Shown here: one piece after another, positions 1 through 10,624 of the stretch
How the letters are laid out: each line of letters begins with the position of its first letter
How positions within the stretch are numbered: the stretch's first letter is position 1
Assembly (NCBI GenBank): GCA_040285825.1
Contig: JAUPSS010000004.1
Span: 3,541,658-3,605,657 of the forward strand
Direction of reading: 5' to 3'
DNA from: Eukaryota sp. TZLM1-RC
Taxonomy: Eukaryota > Protista > Metamonada: BaSk clade
DNA length: 64,000 nucleotides
The notes under the pieces: model-generated
Databases searched by the model: none
Told to the model about the DNA's origin: nothing
What the model saw: only the letters and a program-made list of their open reading frames with translations
Translations under genes and position numbers: made by a program

Positions 1-761
1 TTTTTAAATTAAATTAACCAATCAAAACCTTTTGTTAGTGAATTAATTGAAATACTGTTAACCTAATGTTGAATAATATGCAACCACACATTTATTTTCA
101 GACATGATGTAGAAGAAGAAACAACTCAATAGACATATTTCATTTCATTTACAGAATAGAATTCAATGCTGCTTATTTAGTATTCGTTATTTGATTTTCC
201 ATTTCGTAGGTCTCTAATATATTACATGGTATGGTAGTCAAACCCATTACCAACATTAACACTAAATAAATCTCAATTTGAAGCCAGACTGTATATAGAA
301 ACTCTAATCTTTGTGGTAATCATTGGCTATCTCATTTATGCATGAATTGTAAAGTGGTACCAATTTGAGGGCAAAGTCAATGAGTACAACAGTCAGTATG
401 ATTCCCTAACCGCCGGTGTTATTCAAAGATCGAATAGTAGAAATTGATGTAATAAATAAATTTAAATTTATCTAATTAGTACATTGTTGTTCTTGCAACC
501 TGTTTTGCGTGGTGTTAACGAAAAATTCTTTTGAAGAGGAGGAATGTGTAAATCTTAATATGACTACTCACTGCAAATTAATGATAGCGATTTTGTTTGT
601 TAAAGAAGACCAGCAACGTTTGCATCAGTAATCCTCTTTTAATGGAATTACCACTAGTAATTATTGTTTTTAGCTAAGCACCAAATTCTAAGATAATGAT
701 TTTAAAATTTAAAGAATGACCCTCATCATAAGCAACATTTATTCAAAACAATGAAAGCAAC

Positions 762-999
762 CTACTCTCTTCTACCCTGTTGTTGCTGAGGCTGTTCAAG
801 CTGACCCTTGCGTTGTTGTTGACCAGGACGAATCTGTTCACCTTGTTGCGGACCTTGACCGGGCTGTTGGGGTTGTTGGCGTTGTCCCGGTTGCTCGCCC
901 ATTTGACCAGGTTGCTGGGGTTGTTGGGGCTGTTTTTGCTGTTGTTGTTCAGGCTCTGAGATTAGCATTCGGTTCTTGCATACGTTGTGGTTGTTGCAT
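762..999 (-). CDS. Small Gln/Pro/Gly-rich protein (copy 1), two exons: 999-984 and 955-762
   Basis: ATG CAA CAA CCA CAA C|gtatgcaagaaccgaatgctaatctcag|AG CCT GAA. The 28-nt GT-AG intron (983-956) has a CTAA branch motif, and removing it joins MQQPQ to the QPEQQQ frame. The same structure is at 42011-42252. Confidence 0.7.
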
Positions 1000-1288
1000 T
1001 GGAATAAATGACCTTTCGGAGAGCACCATCAAGTTGAATGTTTACTTACAGTGTCTGTAGATGGACATTGCAGTACTCTTTCTCATTCGTTTATACTTTG
1101 ATTCAATGCTGCCAAGTAGAAACTGTTGGACCGATTGTTCAGCATTAGCAAAGAGAATGACAAATCTCCATAATGTTTTGAGATTAAAGGTGAAATAAAC
1201 AAATATTAAGATCTATTCTTTACCATACAAAATCAATAAAGATTAAGAAAAAACAATATTAAATAAATTTATTACACATTTAGCACAA

Positions 1289-1786
1289 TTAATCAAAAAT
1301 ATTCTTATAATCAGAAAGAAAACCTTGTAAATCATTTGGAGAAACGTGCGAATTCCAATCAAGAAGTTTAATAAACTCAACTTCCATAGCATTAAGATTT
1401 TCAAGGGAATAAAATGAATAACCAATAATTCTCCAGCTAGGATTTTGAAAGGTAGAATCTTCGCAAAACTTGGCAGCAAGCATAAATGCAACAAGGAAAC
1501 ACCGATGGGCATTAGTGGAAGAATAGCGAAGCTGAGGATACTTTGCTTGTATCTTTGAAAGATAGTAGAGAGCAACAAAGGCACGTTCCAAAGAGGCTTC
1601 TGATTTAGAAACTATTCTTCTAATCCAAACAGGAAAACTGACGGTAGGTTCAGAGCCAAATGATGAGTCACAAGTATAATCTTCCACATCCAAAAGTTGC
1701 TCAAGTAAGGCAGAACACGTGTAGACAACAGAGAGGAGGGATTCATCGGAAAGAGAAACAGGAGAGGTAGCAGTGATACCAGGCAT
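1289..1786 (-). CDS. Pho80/Pcl (cyclin U/P-type) cyclin
   Basis: Cyclin-box motifs VALYYLSK, NAHRCFLVAFMLAAKFCEDSTFQNPSW and LNAMEVEFIKLLDWN. ATG at 1786. Confidence 0.85.
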   Translation of the reverse strand: MPGITATSPVSLSDESLLSVVYTCSALLEQLLDVEDYTCDSSFGSEPTVSFPVWIRRIVSKSEASLERAFVALYYLSKIQAKYPQLRYSSTNAHRCFLVAFMLAAKFCEDSTFQNPSWRIIGYSFYSLENLNAMEVEFIKLLDWNSHVSPNDLQGFLSDYKNIFD

Positions 1787-1890
1787 CAATGATCAGTGGA
1801 GAGAAACATCTGGCATGAAGAATCATCTCCATTAGCATTAGTAGTAGAGGACAAGACTAGAGTGATCAGATGTTTGTCATTGACAATCAT
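1786..1890 (-). promoter_or_regulatory. 34-codon upstream ORF whose TGA overlaps the cyclin ATG (TGATG), starting inside a 21-bp dyad
   Basis: MIVNDKHLITLVLSSTTNANGDDSSCQMFLSTDH*. The frame is also open in the copies at 31099-31197 and 41124-41222. Dyad ATG(T/A)TTGTCA-N-TGACAAACAT. Confidence 0.45.
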
Positions 1891-2070
1891 TCCTCATGAA
1901 AAAAACCTTGCCTTCAATTAATGGATGCAACCAGTGTACAATGGCTTGACCTATCTTTTGTGTTGAGCTTTCCTTTTTTAAATTAGAGATGATCAAAAAA
2001 CCTCGATGTTGTAAATAGAACCTATAATTTTTTTCATCGACACAATTTTAAAACAGATTTTATTGAAACG

Positions 2071-2086
2071 AGTGTTGATAAACACC
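2071..2086 (-). other. Histone mRNA 3' stem-loop (H3 copy 1)
   Basis: GGTGTT-TATC-AACACT, 15 nt after the stop, followed by AATAAA. Confidence 0.85.
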
Positions 2087-2101
2087 TCTAATAACCGCAA
2101 A

Positions 2102-2509
2102 CTAAAAATCAGAACGAATTCTCTTAGCCAAGGCCATATCCTTGGGCATAATGGTAACACGTTTAGCATGAATAGCACAGAGATTGGTATCTTCAAACAA
2201 ACCAACAAGGTAAGCTTCAGCAGCTTCTTGAAGTGCAGAGATACCAGATGCTTGGAACCTCAACTCACCCTTAAACTCTTGGGCAATTTCTCTAACCAAA
2301 CGTTGGAAGGGTAGCTTACGGATTAATAGCTCAGTAGACTTTTGGTACTTTCTGATTTCACGGAGAGCAACGGTACCAGGACGATAACGATGGGGTTTCT
2401 TGATACCACCAGTAGCCGGAGCAGCTTTGCGAGCAGCCTTGGTAGCCAAATGCTTTCTTGGAGTCTTGGTGGAGGTAGTCTTGCGAGAGGTTTGCTTAGT
2501 ACGGGCCAT
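2102..2509 (-). CDS. H3: Histone H3
   Basis: ARTKQT...[40 protein letters not shown]. Confidence 0.99.
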   Translation of the reverse strand: MARTKQTSRKTTSTKTPRKHLATKAARKAAPATGGIKKPHRYRPGTVALREIRKYQKSTELLIRKLPFQRLVREIAQEFKGELRFQASGISALQEAAEAYLVGLFEDTNLCAIHAKRVTIMPKDMALAKRIRSDF

Positions 2510-2859
2510 TAGTGTAGATCAGGATTATGTCATTCTGCATTGTAATTGAGCAGAAAATCAGAGCAGGGAAAATGTCTTGCAAGAATCAATTGTCATTTGC
2601 TTTTGTTGGTTAGTTTTTGGTGGTTTGGTTGTGTAGACGTACGGCTTTGTTGTCACTCTTCAATAAACGTGCACTAAATTCTTTTCCTATATGGAACTAT
2701 TGAAATATTCAATGTGGGTTCTGTTTAGGAACAACAGGTTTAGCAAATCCCAATTTGATTGAACAATTGCCATTTGTAATTTCTCCAAAACTTCAATCCA
2801 GATGAAAACATCAATAAAACATTTTAAATTAAAACACACAATAAAAAACAAATTTATCC

Positions 2860-2875
2860 AGTGTTGAAAAACACC
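2860..2875 (-). other. Histone mRNA 3' stem-loop (H2B copy 1)
   Basis: GGTGTT-TTTC-AACACT, 16 nt after the stop. Confidence 0.85.
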
Positions 2876-2891
2876 ACCAAATACCACAAAT

Positions 2892-3326
2892 CTACTCACC
2901 TTCACCAGCAGAGGTAAACTTGGTAACAGCCTTGGTACCTTCAGAAACAGCATGCTTGGAGAGTTCACCAGGTAGCAATAATCTAACAGCAGTCTGAATC
3001 TCACGAGAAGAAAGGGTATTCCTCTTGTTGACACGAGCAAGACGAGAAGCTTCAGTGGCGATACGTTCAAAGATGTCATTGACAAAAGAGTTCATGATTC
3101 CCATGGCCTTGGTGGAGATACCAGTATCAGGATGGACTTGGCGAAGGACACGGTAGATGTAAGTAGCCCATGTCTCCTTGCGGGCCTTCTTGCGCTTGGG
3201 GGCAGCAGCGGCAGCACCTCCTTCAGCAACAGCTTTGCTTACAGCTTTGGCAGGGGCCTTTGATGGGGCTTTGGAGGGAACTCCCTTGATGGATTTGGTA
3301 GACTTTACAGACTTTTTTCCAGGCAT
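2892..3326 (-). CDS. H2B: Histone H2B
   Basis: [35 protein letters not shown]...[30 protein letters not shown]. Confidence 0.99.
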   Translation of the reverse strand: MPGKKSVKSTKSIKGVPSKAPSKAPAKAVSKAVAEGGAAAAAPKRKKARKETWATYIYRVLRQVHPDTGISTKAMGIMNSFVNDIFERIATEASRLARVNKRNTLSSREIQTAVRLLLPGELSKHAVSEGTKAVTKFTSAGEGE

Positions 3327-3475
3327 GAGATTGAGAAAAATGGTGCTGGAGATTCAGCTTTTGCCACAAAAACAAGCTGATTCAATGGTTTGCCACAAAC
3401 GACAATCTTGCAACAATCAAAATTGTCGTGTTGAAATTGAAATTCTATTTTCTTTTCCTCATTAATTTATCTCTC

Positions 3476-3859
3476 ATGGCTGAAGAAACTGGTGCTCGTA
3501 CTCTCTCCTTCAAAGCTGGACTCCAATTCCCTGTAGGTCGTATCCGTCGTTACCTCCGTGAAGGTCGCTATGCTGAACGTATTGCAGCTGGCGCTCCCGT
3601 TTATATGGCTGCTGTCCTTGAATACCTCACTGCTGAGGTCCTTGAATTGTCTGGTAACGCTGCTAGAGATAACAAGAAGACCCGTATCGTCCCTAGACAC
3701 ATTCTCTTGGCTATCCGCAATGATGAAGAACTCAGTAAGCTGTTGTCTCATATCATGATTCCTTCTGGTGGTGTTCTTCCTCATATTCATTCCGATCTCC
3801 TTCCCAAGGGGTCCAAGGCTCGTGTTGAAGCCGAAGAACAAGCTTCCCAGGAAATCTAG
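3476..3859 (+). CDS. H2A: Histone H2A with C-terminal SQEI (H2A.X-like)
   Basis: [37 protein letters not shown]. First ATG at 3476. Divergent from H2B. Confidence 0.98.
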   Translation: MAEETGARTLSFKAGLQFPVGRIRRYLREGRYAERIAAGAPVYMAAVLEYLTAEVLELSGNAARDNKKTRIVPRHILLAIRNDEELSKLLSHIMIPSGGVLPHIHSDLLPKGSKARVEAEEQASQEI

Positions 3860-3871
3860 GTTGTTTTGTAT

Positions 3872-3887
3872 GGTGTTTTTCAACACT
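3872..3887 (+). other. Histone mRNA 3' stem-loop (H2A copy 1)
   Basis: GGTGTT-TTTC-AACACT, 12 nt after the stop, with AATAAA just downstream. Confidence 0.85.
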
Positions 3888-4259
3888 TTTTGGGTAATAA
3901 ATGTGATCTTCTTATTTAAATAAAAATTTCTTTTTATTTTTCTTAAAGAACCAAAAACTGCAAATATTGAATCCTAGAATCAAAGTAATTGAGCTGTGGA
4001 GTTAGTTAATGTATGCAAAATCTGTAAATGAGGACGCTTGCCATGTACAAGAAGCAAAACGTCCAGAAGATGGTTAATTGACCAACACTTTATGGCTTTA
4101 ACTCTTACAAGGTCTTGGCAAGTACAATTCCAGCAATTGTCTTATAAATGATGAAAATGTTAGTCAACGATTCCAAATTAAATCATCAGATTCAAACAAA
4201 TTATAGAAAATTATAAGCTAATTTAAAACAACAAATAAATCAAATTTAAAATCTTTATT

Positions 4260-4275
4260 AGTGTTGAAAAACACC
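4260..4275 (-). other. Histone mRNA 3' stem-loop (H4 copy 1)
   Basis: GGTGTT-TTTC-AACACT immediately followed by AATAAA. Confidence 0.85.
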
Positions 4276-4289
4276 CCAAAAACAAAAAC

Positions 4290-4601
4290 CTAAACACCAA
4301 AACCATACAAAACACGTCCATGACGTTTCAAAGCATAGACAACATCCATGGCAGTTACAGTCTTCCTTCTGGCATGTTCACAATAAGTAACAGAGTCACG
4401 GATCACGTTTTCGAGGAAAGTACGGAGAACAGTACGGGTTTCATCATAGATAAGTGCAGAGATACGCTTGACACCACCACGACGAGCAAGACGACGAATA
4501 GCAGGCTTGGTAATACCTTGGATGTTTTCGCGAAGAACCTTTCTATGGCGCTTGGCACCACCTTTACCTAAACCTTTTCCACCTTTTCCACGGCCAGCCA
4601 T
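4290..4601 (-). CDS. H4: Histone H4
   Basis: [48 protein letters not shown]. True ATG at 4601. Confidence 0.99.
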   Translation of the reverse strand: MAGRGKGGKGLGKGGAKRHRKVLRENIQGITKPAIRRLARRGGVKRISALIYDETRTVLRTFLENVIRDSVTYCEHARRKTVTAMDVVYALKRHGRVLYGFGV

Positions 4602-7101
4602 TGAGATCGATGAAGATAAGAATACAAGATTTGAAAGGAGTTTGGGAATTTGAGTTTGATTTTGCAAATTGTCTCGCCAAGATTAATTGTTGTTTGTCAA
4701 CAGTAATTCTTGATTTGTGAGTGGAGAACATTTCTTGCTTGATTGCTGCGCTTGGAATCATATTTAACAATGATCAGGAGTTCCACAAATTCGTGGATAA
4801 TTTTACACTACAACATTGTTTTTTACTAACAAGGCAGCAATGTTGCTTCAATCCTCAATACTAAATCGTCCACCATCATGCAGGTCCTACATATTTATTA
4901 AGGGAGATGTACAAGAGGATCATTTGTCTCATTTGATCAAGTCTTGTAATCAGTGTTTGAAATCACCAGCGTTTCAACACTTTCACCCAGCGAAACATCA
5001 GGTGCACCAGCTGCATCAGGTGCTCTAGGTTGTACCCGGTGCTAAACCAGGTGAAATTCAATGCCACCTCTTAATTCTTCCTGAATAAATCCTTGCTATT
5101 TTATAAACTTGGAAATGGCTGTGGGTGTCCACAAACAATAGTAAAACATGTATAACAAATAATTGGTAATAAAACATTATGTTGGAAAGAATTTGTTATG
5201 TTAGGGTGATTGAAGATGTGTGTCAAGAATCACCAACCAGGTGGTTCAATTTATCACCAAGCAAAACACCTGGTGGCATCCAGTGGTTGAAAGTTTAAAC
5301 ACTGCTTGTAATGATACATAAATAGAAGCTCAAGTTGTTTAATGTGATTTTCTTATTACTGTTCTGTTCTGTTCTTTTTATTATTTTATTTTGTAGTTAA
5401 GGGTATAGTTCAGAGTTTCGCATATTGAGTTGAAAATATCTTTTCATAAGCGTTACATCCATTTATTTCAATAGAATAGTCCATGATACAAATAATTCAT
5501 TATGAAATTGAACAAACTTATTTTTTGTCACAAAAACCAAGAATATGAGTATCCAAAAATCCAAAATCTCCTATGCAATCTATTCAAGAAAAGTCTTGCT
5601 TTGAAATAGATAAAGTTCAAGATGTGTCTACATTTTCCATAACTTGTATATATCTTTGTATCAGTAGTTGGGGATCTTGTATAATTGGAATTTTGTTTTG
5701 ATGAACTTAGTCTTTATGAATCAACTTTATTTATTACGAGACCAACTTTTTCATCTATCAAGAAACTTCAATAAATTTGTTTCTAAACCGAGAGCGTACT
5801 GTAGGTGTGCATGTGATGTAAGATTTTAGCAGCATGCTCAAGCTCTTGAATCTAATACAACACTTTCCAGCGTGACCCATAATTACATTTTCTGTGAGCA
5901 TTAAACTAGACAAGCTATTTGAACCAATCTCCAAACAAAGTATCTATTTTCTATTCAGAGCATTTTCTAAATTGCATTGTGCCTGACTAAATTTTGTTTG
6001 AGTACTTGCCATAAATAACAAAAAATCAGTTAATCAAACTGTAAAAATTATGGAAGCAGGTGCGCTAAACTTCAATCTGTATCGGTTGCTGAGTGATATC
6101 AAATTAAAATAATTTATTTAAAATATTTTAATTATTTAAAACTTCAATTTCAACAGTGTCTGTCCAATACACATGAAATTGAAGATTTTTTCCCCACTTA
6201 GTGCAGTACAATTTTGTTATCAGCGTTGCAGCTCAATTGTGTTTTGACATGAATAATTTTTCAGGACATAACTTGACTAGTTAATAGTATTATTATTCAA
6301 TGGCAACTTTTCTATATCTGGGAACACAATACATGTGATACCTAAGAGAAGTGAGAACTCTTCCAGATCTATTCTCTGTGGTGATAAAGATCTCCAAACT
6401 TTTTTTCCAATGGCCAATGTGAAATAACACTAATTGGCGTACACTGTTTAGTGGTACCTTTGAATCTTCTTGAGCAAACCTTTTACTACTTGAAGATCTC
6501 CCTCATTCCGTAATGTTGATGAATTTAAGAAATAACAATGATTCAATTTGATTTGAAATGATCGGTAATTATTGACATAATAAAAAGAGTGATTAAAAAT
6601 TTAAAAAGGAGAAAAATAGAATTAACAATTTTATTTTAAATTTCTTCATACAAGTCTTTTTGTAATTTGAAGACGCAATGTAAAGATTGTATTATTAGAT
6701 GACCTACTTGTCTTACATGTTGGGCTTGTATAAATGTGAGCAGATTTTGAAATGTGCCATTCTCCTCATCATCTAAATAAATGAGTTTTAATATTTGTTC
6801 TTGTATTTGTGCCATTTGTCCATTTTGTGGTATCTACCCATTATTTTATTTTAAACCATTTGATATTTCTCTATATGGAAGTTTTGGTTTAATTGTAAAT
6901 GAATGTTCCTTTTTCCATGGTGTGTCAGGACTTTGAATATACTCTATATGAAACTAACTGCAAAAACAGATTCATATTTCCAGTCTTCAATATTACATCT
7001 AAGGGGATGGATATGTAAGAAAGTGGAAAGAATGGTGTTGTTTTTGTTATAATTCAAAAGTTTAATTTAAAAGAACAAAATTCATTTGTTTAGTTTAGGA
7101 G

Positions 7102-9872
7102 ATGCGACGAAACAGAAACATTTCATTAGGAGGGAGGGGTCGTCCCAAGTCTATAAGCTTAGTTGAAGCCAGGCGTCTCAGGGAACGCCGTTTTATTACG
7201 TCTAGCACAGACGTTATTCACAGAAACCTCACCAGAACCTTCATTCAAAGACAGTGTCTAGTCTATGTTCATCTCACCTCTTTTTGCTATCACCTTCATC
7301 AGTTATACAACATGCCCCACTGACACTCCTCATCTCTCCTTATTCCATCCATAGAAGCACCGTGTCTGGGTTTTTATCCCGGCTGTTTGCTATATTGGAT
7401 TCAGATCACTCTATATTCATCAGCTTATCGACCTTGGTTCAACATAGACTCATTTTACTTGCTTCGTCCCTAACCCCTTCCCCTCCTTTCTCAGCTTGCA
7501 TTTTTCATTCTCCTGTCTTTGATTCTTTCTCTGATCGTTTTGTTTCTCATTATAGTAACAAGATTGGACCTTGTCTGAAAAGCAAAATTTTACGAAATAT
7601 TTCCGTGTCGAATACTCCTTCAGTTCAATCATTTTTGATTGATTTTGTTTTAAAGGATCCTGATATTTCTAAATCCAGAGTTAGTTGCACCGTTTTTACC
7701 CACGTTTTGCCAGTAATTTATGTTCAATTACTGCAAAACAAATTTAATTTTTCCTTTTTAAGCTATTGTTTTAATTTTAAAATTGATTTTGAGGATTTAA
7801 CAGCAGATCAGTTGGTAATCAGTTCATTAGTGGTTCTATTTTATGTTTCTAATCTTGATTTCCAAACCAACATTAATGAACTTCGACGATGTTGTTCATT
7901 TCTGTCTCAGTTCAACTGCTTTCAGTCAACTGAAAGCATGCAACAGTTCAAAGTTAAGCAAACACTCTCACAACACTTTTATAGATTAACATTTGACATT
8001 ATAAATAAAGCTATTGATGCAGAAAGAACTAGCACAAAACAATCCCTGTCATTAGTCACTTTTCATTCAACAACATCAACTTCTTCTGCACTAACTGTTG
8101 AAGCATTTCCTGATATCACCTCCTCCTCCACCAGTCTCATCGTTGCTAGTGAAGAGCCAATAGTTGAAAGAAATGGCGAGCTAAGGGAACACACCCTGAG
8201 CTGCTTACCTAACGGCCCGCTTGAACAAGTACTATGTTTGTTGCAATTGTTTGCAAATGTTAGCCATGTTGCTGAGGCTGTCGTTGCCTCCAAAGCGCTG
8301 CTTTATGCTCCCTCCATGTCCAGTAGAGCACCTCTACTCACCATTGCTATGGTACTTAATACTTATTCCAAATCTCTTTCTACTTTTATTGAAATTCCCA
8401 ATTGTCAACCAGAGTCTTTATTCAGGAAGCTCATCACCACTACTGTTGAAGCCTTCCTTTCGCCACTCGATTTGGATATTGATTTCATTCAACAATTGTC
8501 CTCTTCCAGTAAGTTTTTGCTTGAAGTTTACCCAGAATTAGGAGAGAAGACCCAACCATTGTTACTCCTTAATGCTTCACTTAGAGAAGGTCTAGTTGAA
8601 ACCTTTGAACGATATACCATGGACGTTCTAGAAGATCAAACAGAACATGACTTGCAAGAATCAAAGTGGCATTTGTTGCTTAAACTGACACCTCATATAG
8701 TGCCGTTTGAAGTACGTTCTTCTGCTCTGTCTAGGGCATTGTTGAGGTTGTCTTCGCCGCAGTCCAGAACAACTAATCGTATTGATATTCAACGTGATTC
8801 TATCTTAGCTTCTTCAATGGTTCAGTTGCTTCCTCAATGGTCCAGGAGTCCGTTCTCTGCTCTCAATCCGCCTTTTGTTGTCTTCTATGATCAGTTTGAA
8901 CGAAGAGAAGCAGGAGTAGATCAATCAGGGCTTTACCAAGATTTGTGCAGTGCACTGCTTGAATGTCTATTTGAAGGAGCTCATCAGAACAGAACACCTC
9001 CACTCTTTGTTACCAATGAAGATGGAACTTTTCTTCCCAATGCTTCTCAGTATGCAGAGTTAGCAGCTAGTGTGCCCGCAGCTTATACACTGGAAGACAT
9101 CTACTCGTTTGCTGGCTTTTTTGCTGCTTCTCTGATTGTCCGGGGTCAAAGCCTAGGTCGCGCACCTTCCAAAGTCATTATTCATCGTTTATTAGACCGT
9201 CCTTTCAGTGCCTCTGATATCTCCTACATTGATCCAAAACTCTACCATGGCCTTCTCAACCTTCGTTCTCTTGGACAGGATGAGCTGGCGTTTTTGGATC
9301 TCACATTCTCAGTCACTGATCCTCTATCTGGCCGTGATGTCGATCTTGTAACGAATGGTTCTGAGATTGTTGTCACTTCTTCCAATCTTGATTGGTTTAT
9401 CAATGCCAACATCCATTACATTTACTGCCAATACAGCACTGCTATTGATTTCTTTTGCTCTGCATTTACTTCAATTTTACATACAAACTTGTTGTCTTTG
9501 TTTGGTGATTTGGAAATTCAGTCTCTGTTTCGTGGAACAATTAATTTTGATATTGATGAGTTTCTGCGGCATTTGCAAGGGCCAAAGGAAACTGATGCCT
9601 TTCAAATGTTTGCCCAAGCTGTACGTGACCTCACTCAGCGGGATTTGCGACTCTTTCTTCGTTTCTGTACAGGCAGCTCTTTTGTTCCGCTATTGGGTTT
9701 TGGACAAATATCACCCCCAATTACTATCTCCTTTACACCCGAACATGATGGTCTACTTAGGGCCAGTACATGCACCAATGCGGTCCATTGCCCCTCCTTC
9801 CATAATAAGGATGTAGCAATTAGTCGGATAACCACTTCAATTCATGAGGGTTTATCGTTTGAAGAAGCTTGA
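7102..9872 (+). CDS. HECT E3 ubiquitin ligase, UBE3B/UBE3C-like (short intron or frameshift near 7206-7320)
   Basis: HECT motifs PHIVPFEVR, EAGVDQSGL, LFLRFCTGS and catalytic RASTCTN in 7254-9872. The N-terminal ISLGG...EARRLRERR segment in 7102-7323 resembles UBE3C N-termini but is in another frame. Confidence 0.85.
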
Positions 9873-10586
9873 GTTGGGAGATGTTTATTATCCACTTATT
9901 TTCTCATTTTTGTGGGGACACTGTTCACACAAGGATAGCACTAATTGTAAATAAAGCATCTTATTATTTTTTTGAAATTCATTTTAACTTTATAGTGTAT
10001 GTAATTTTGATATTAAATTTATGGGCTTGTCCTAACCAGGGCAAGAGAGCATTGTGGTGTAATAGAATACTATCAATTTTTCGTCAACCAATCAATTCTG
10101 ATTGTGGCTTGAAAATTGGCAATATAGACAATTGATATACCTCTTTAACTGTGAAGTCTAAAGAGCCTACATGAATATTTTTTCGACATCAAATACACTG
10201 CAGATATTTTTTTATATTATTTTCCACAAACAACCCTGCTTTCAGTGATGAATGAAGATGTTACCAAGAAAAAGGAAGAACTTCAAGGAACAGTGAATCG
10301 TAATTTCTTTATCCTTTATCAATTCATAATCACCTATTAGGTCAACACCCAGCAATCAATATTAGCCATCCAACAATCCCTGGCCTAAATTCTAATGGAT
10401 TGAAGACTTAAAAGTTTGTATGTCAATCTCTGTAATTTAGTTCAGTTTTGTTTGACATATTAGTGATAAATAATTTTCCCTTGAAAAATACAGGAAGCGA
10501 AAAATGACTTTATTTCTACTTTAATTATTTCAAAACAGAGGAAAAAACAGTGTCAACCATTTACAATAAAACCCCAACGAAAAAAT

Positions 10587-10616
10587 CCCAAACCCCAACC
10601 CTAACCCTAACCCTAA
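10587..10616 (-). repeat. Interstitial telomere-type repeat (TTAGGG)3 plus two degenerate units
   Basis: cccaaa ccccaa ccctaa ccctaa ccctaa on the plus strand, 8 nt beyond the TM2 gene stop. Confidence 0.8.
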
Positions 10617-10624
10617 CCAAGTCC

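Larger units (their letters stand above)
501..7078. repeat. Left arm of a large inverted segmental duplication (histone/cyclin cassette)
   Basis: Reverse complement matches 22471-42525 once the retroelement insertions are removed. Gene order is mirrored: Q-rich, cyclin, H3, H2B, H2A, H4, non-coding. Boundaries approximate. Confidence 0.92.

Noticed and set aside
60-460. Intron-like pyrimidine tracts ending in AG and short coding-like stretches
   Set aside because: Could not assemble a stop-free spliced frame. Probably a decayed gene or one cut by the window edge.
2063-4770. Antisense and alternative-frame ORFs over the histone genes (also 27361-31012)
   Set aside because: Shadows of biased histone codon usage, with no independent motifs.
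10248-10411. Possible 40-aa spliced ORF (41-nt GT-AG intron 10300-10340)
   Set aside because: Splice-like signals exist but there is no recognisable product or second copy. Needs RNA data.
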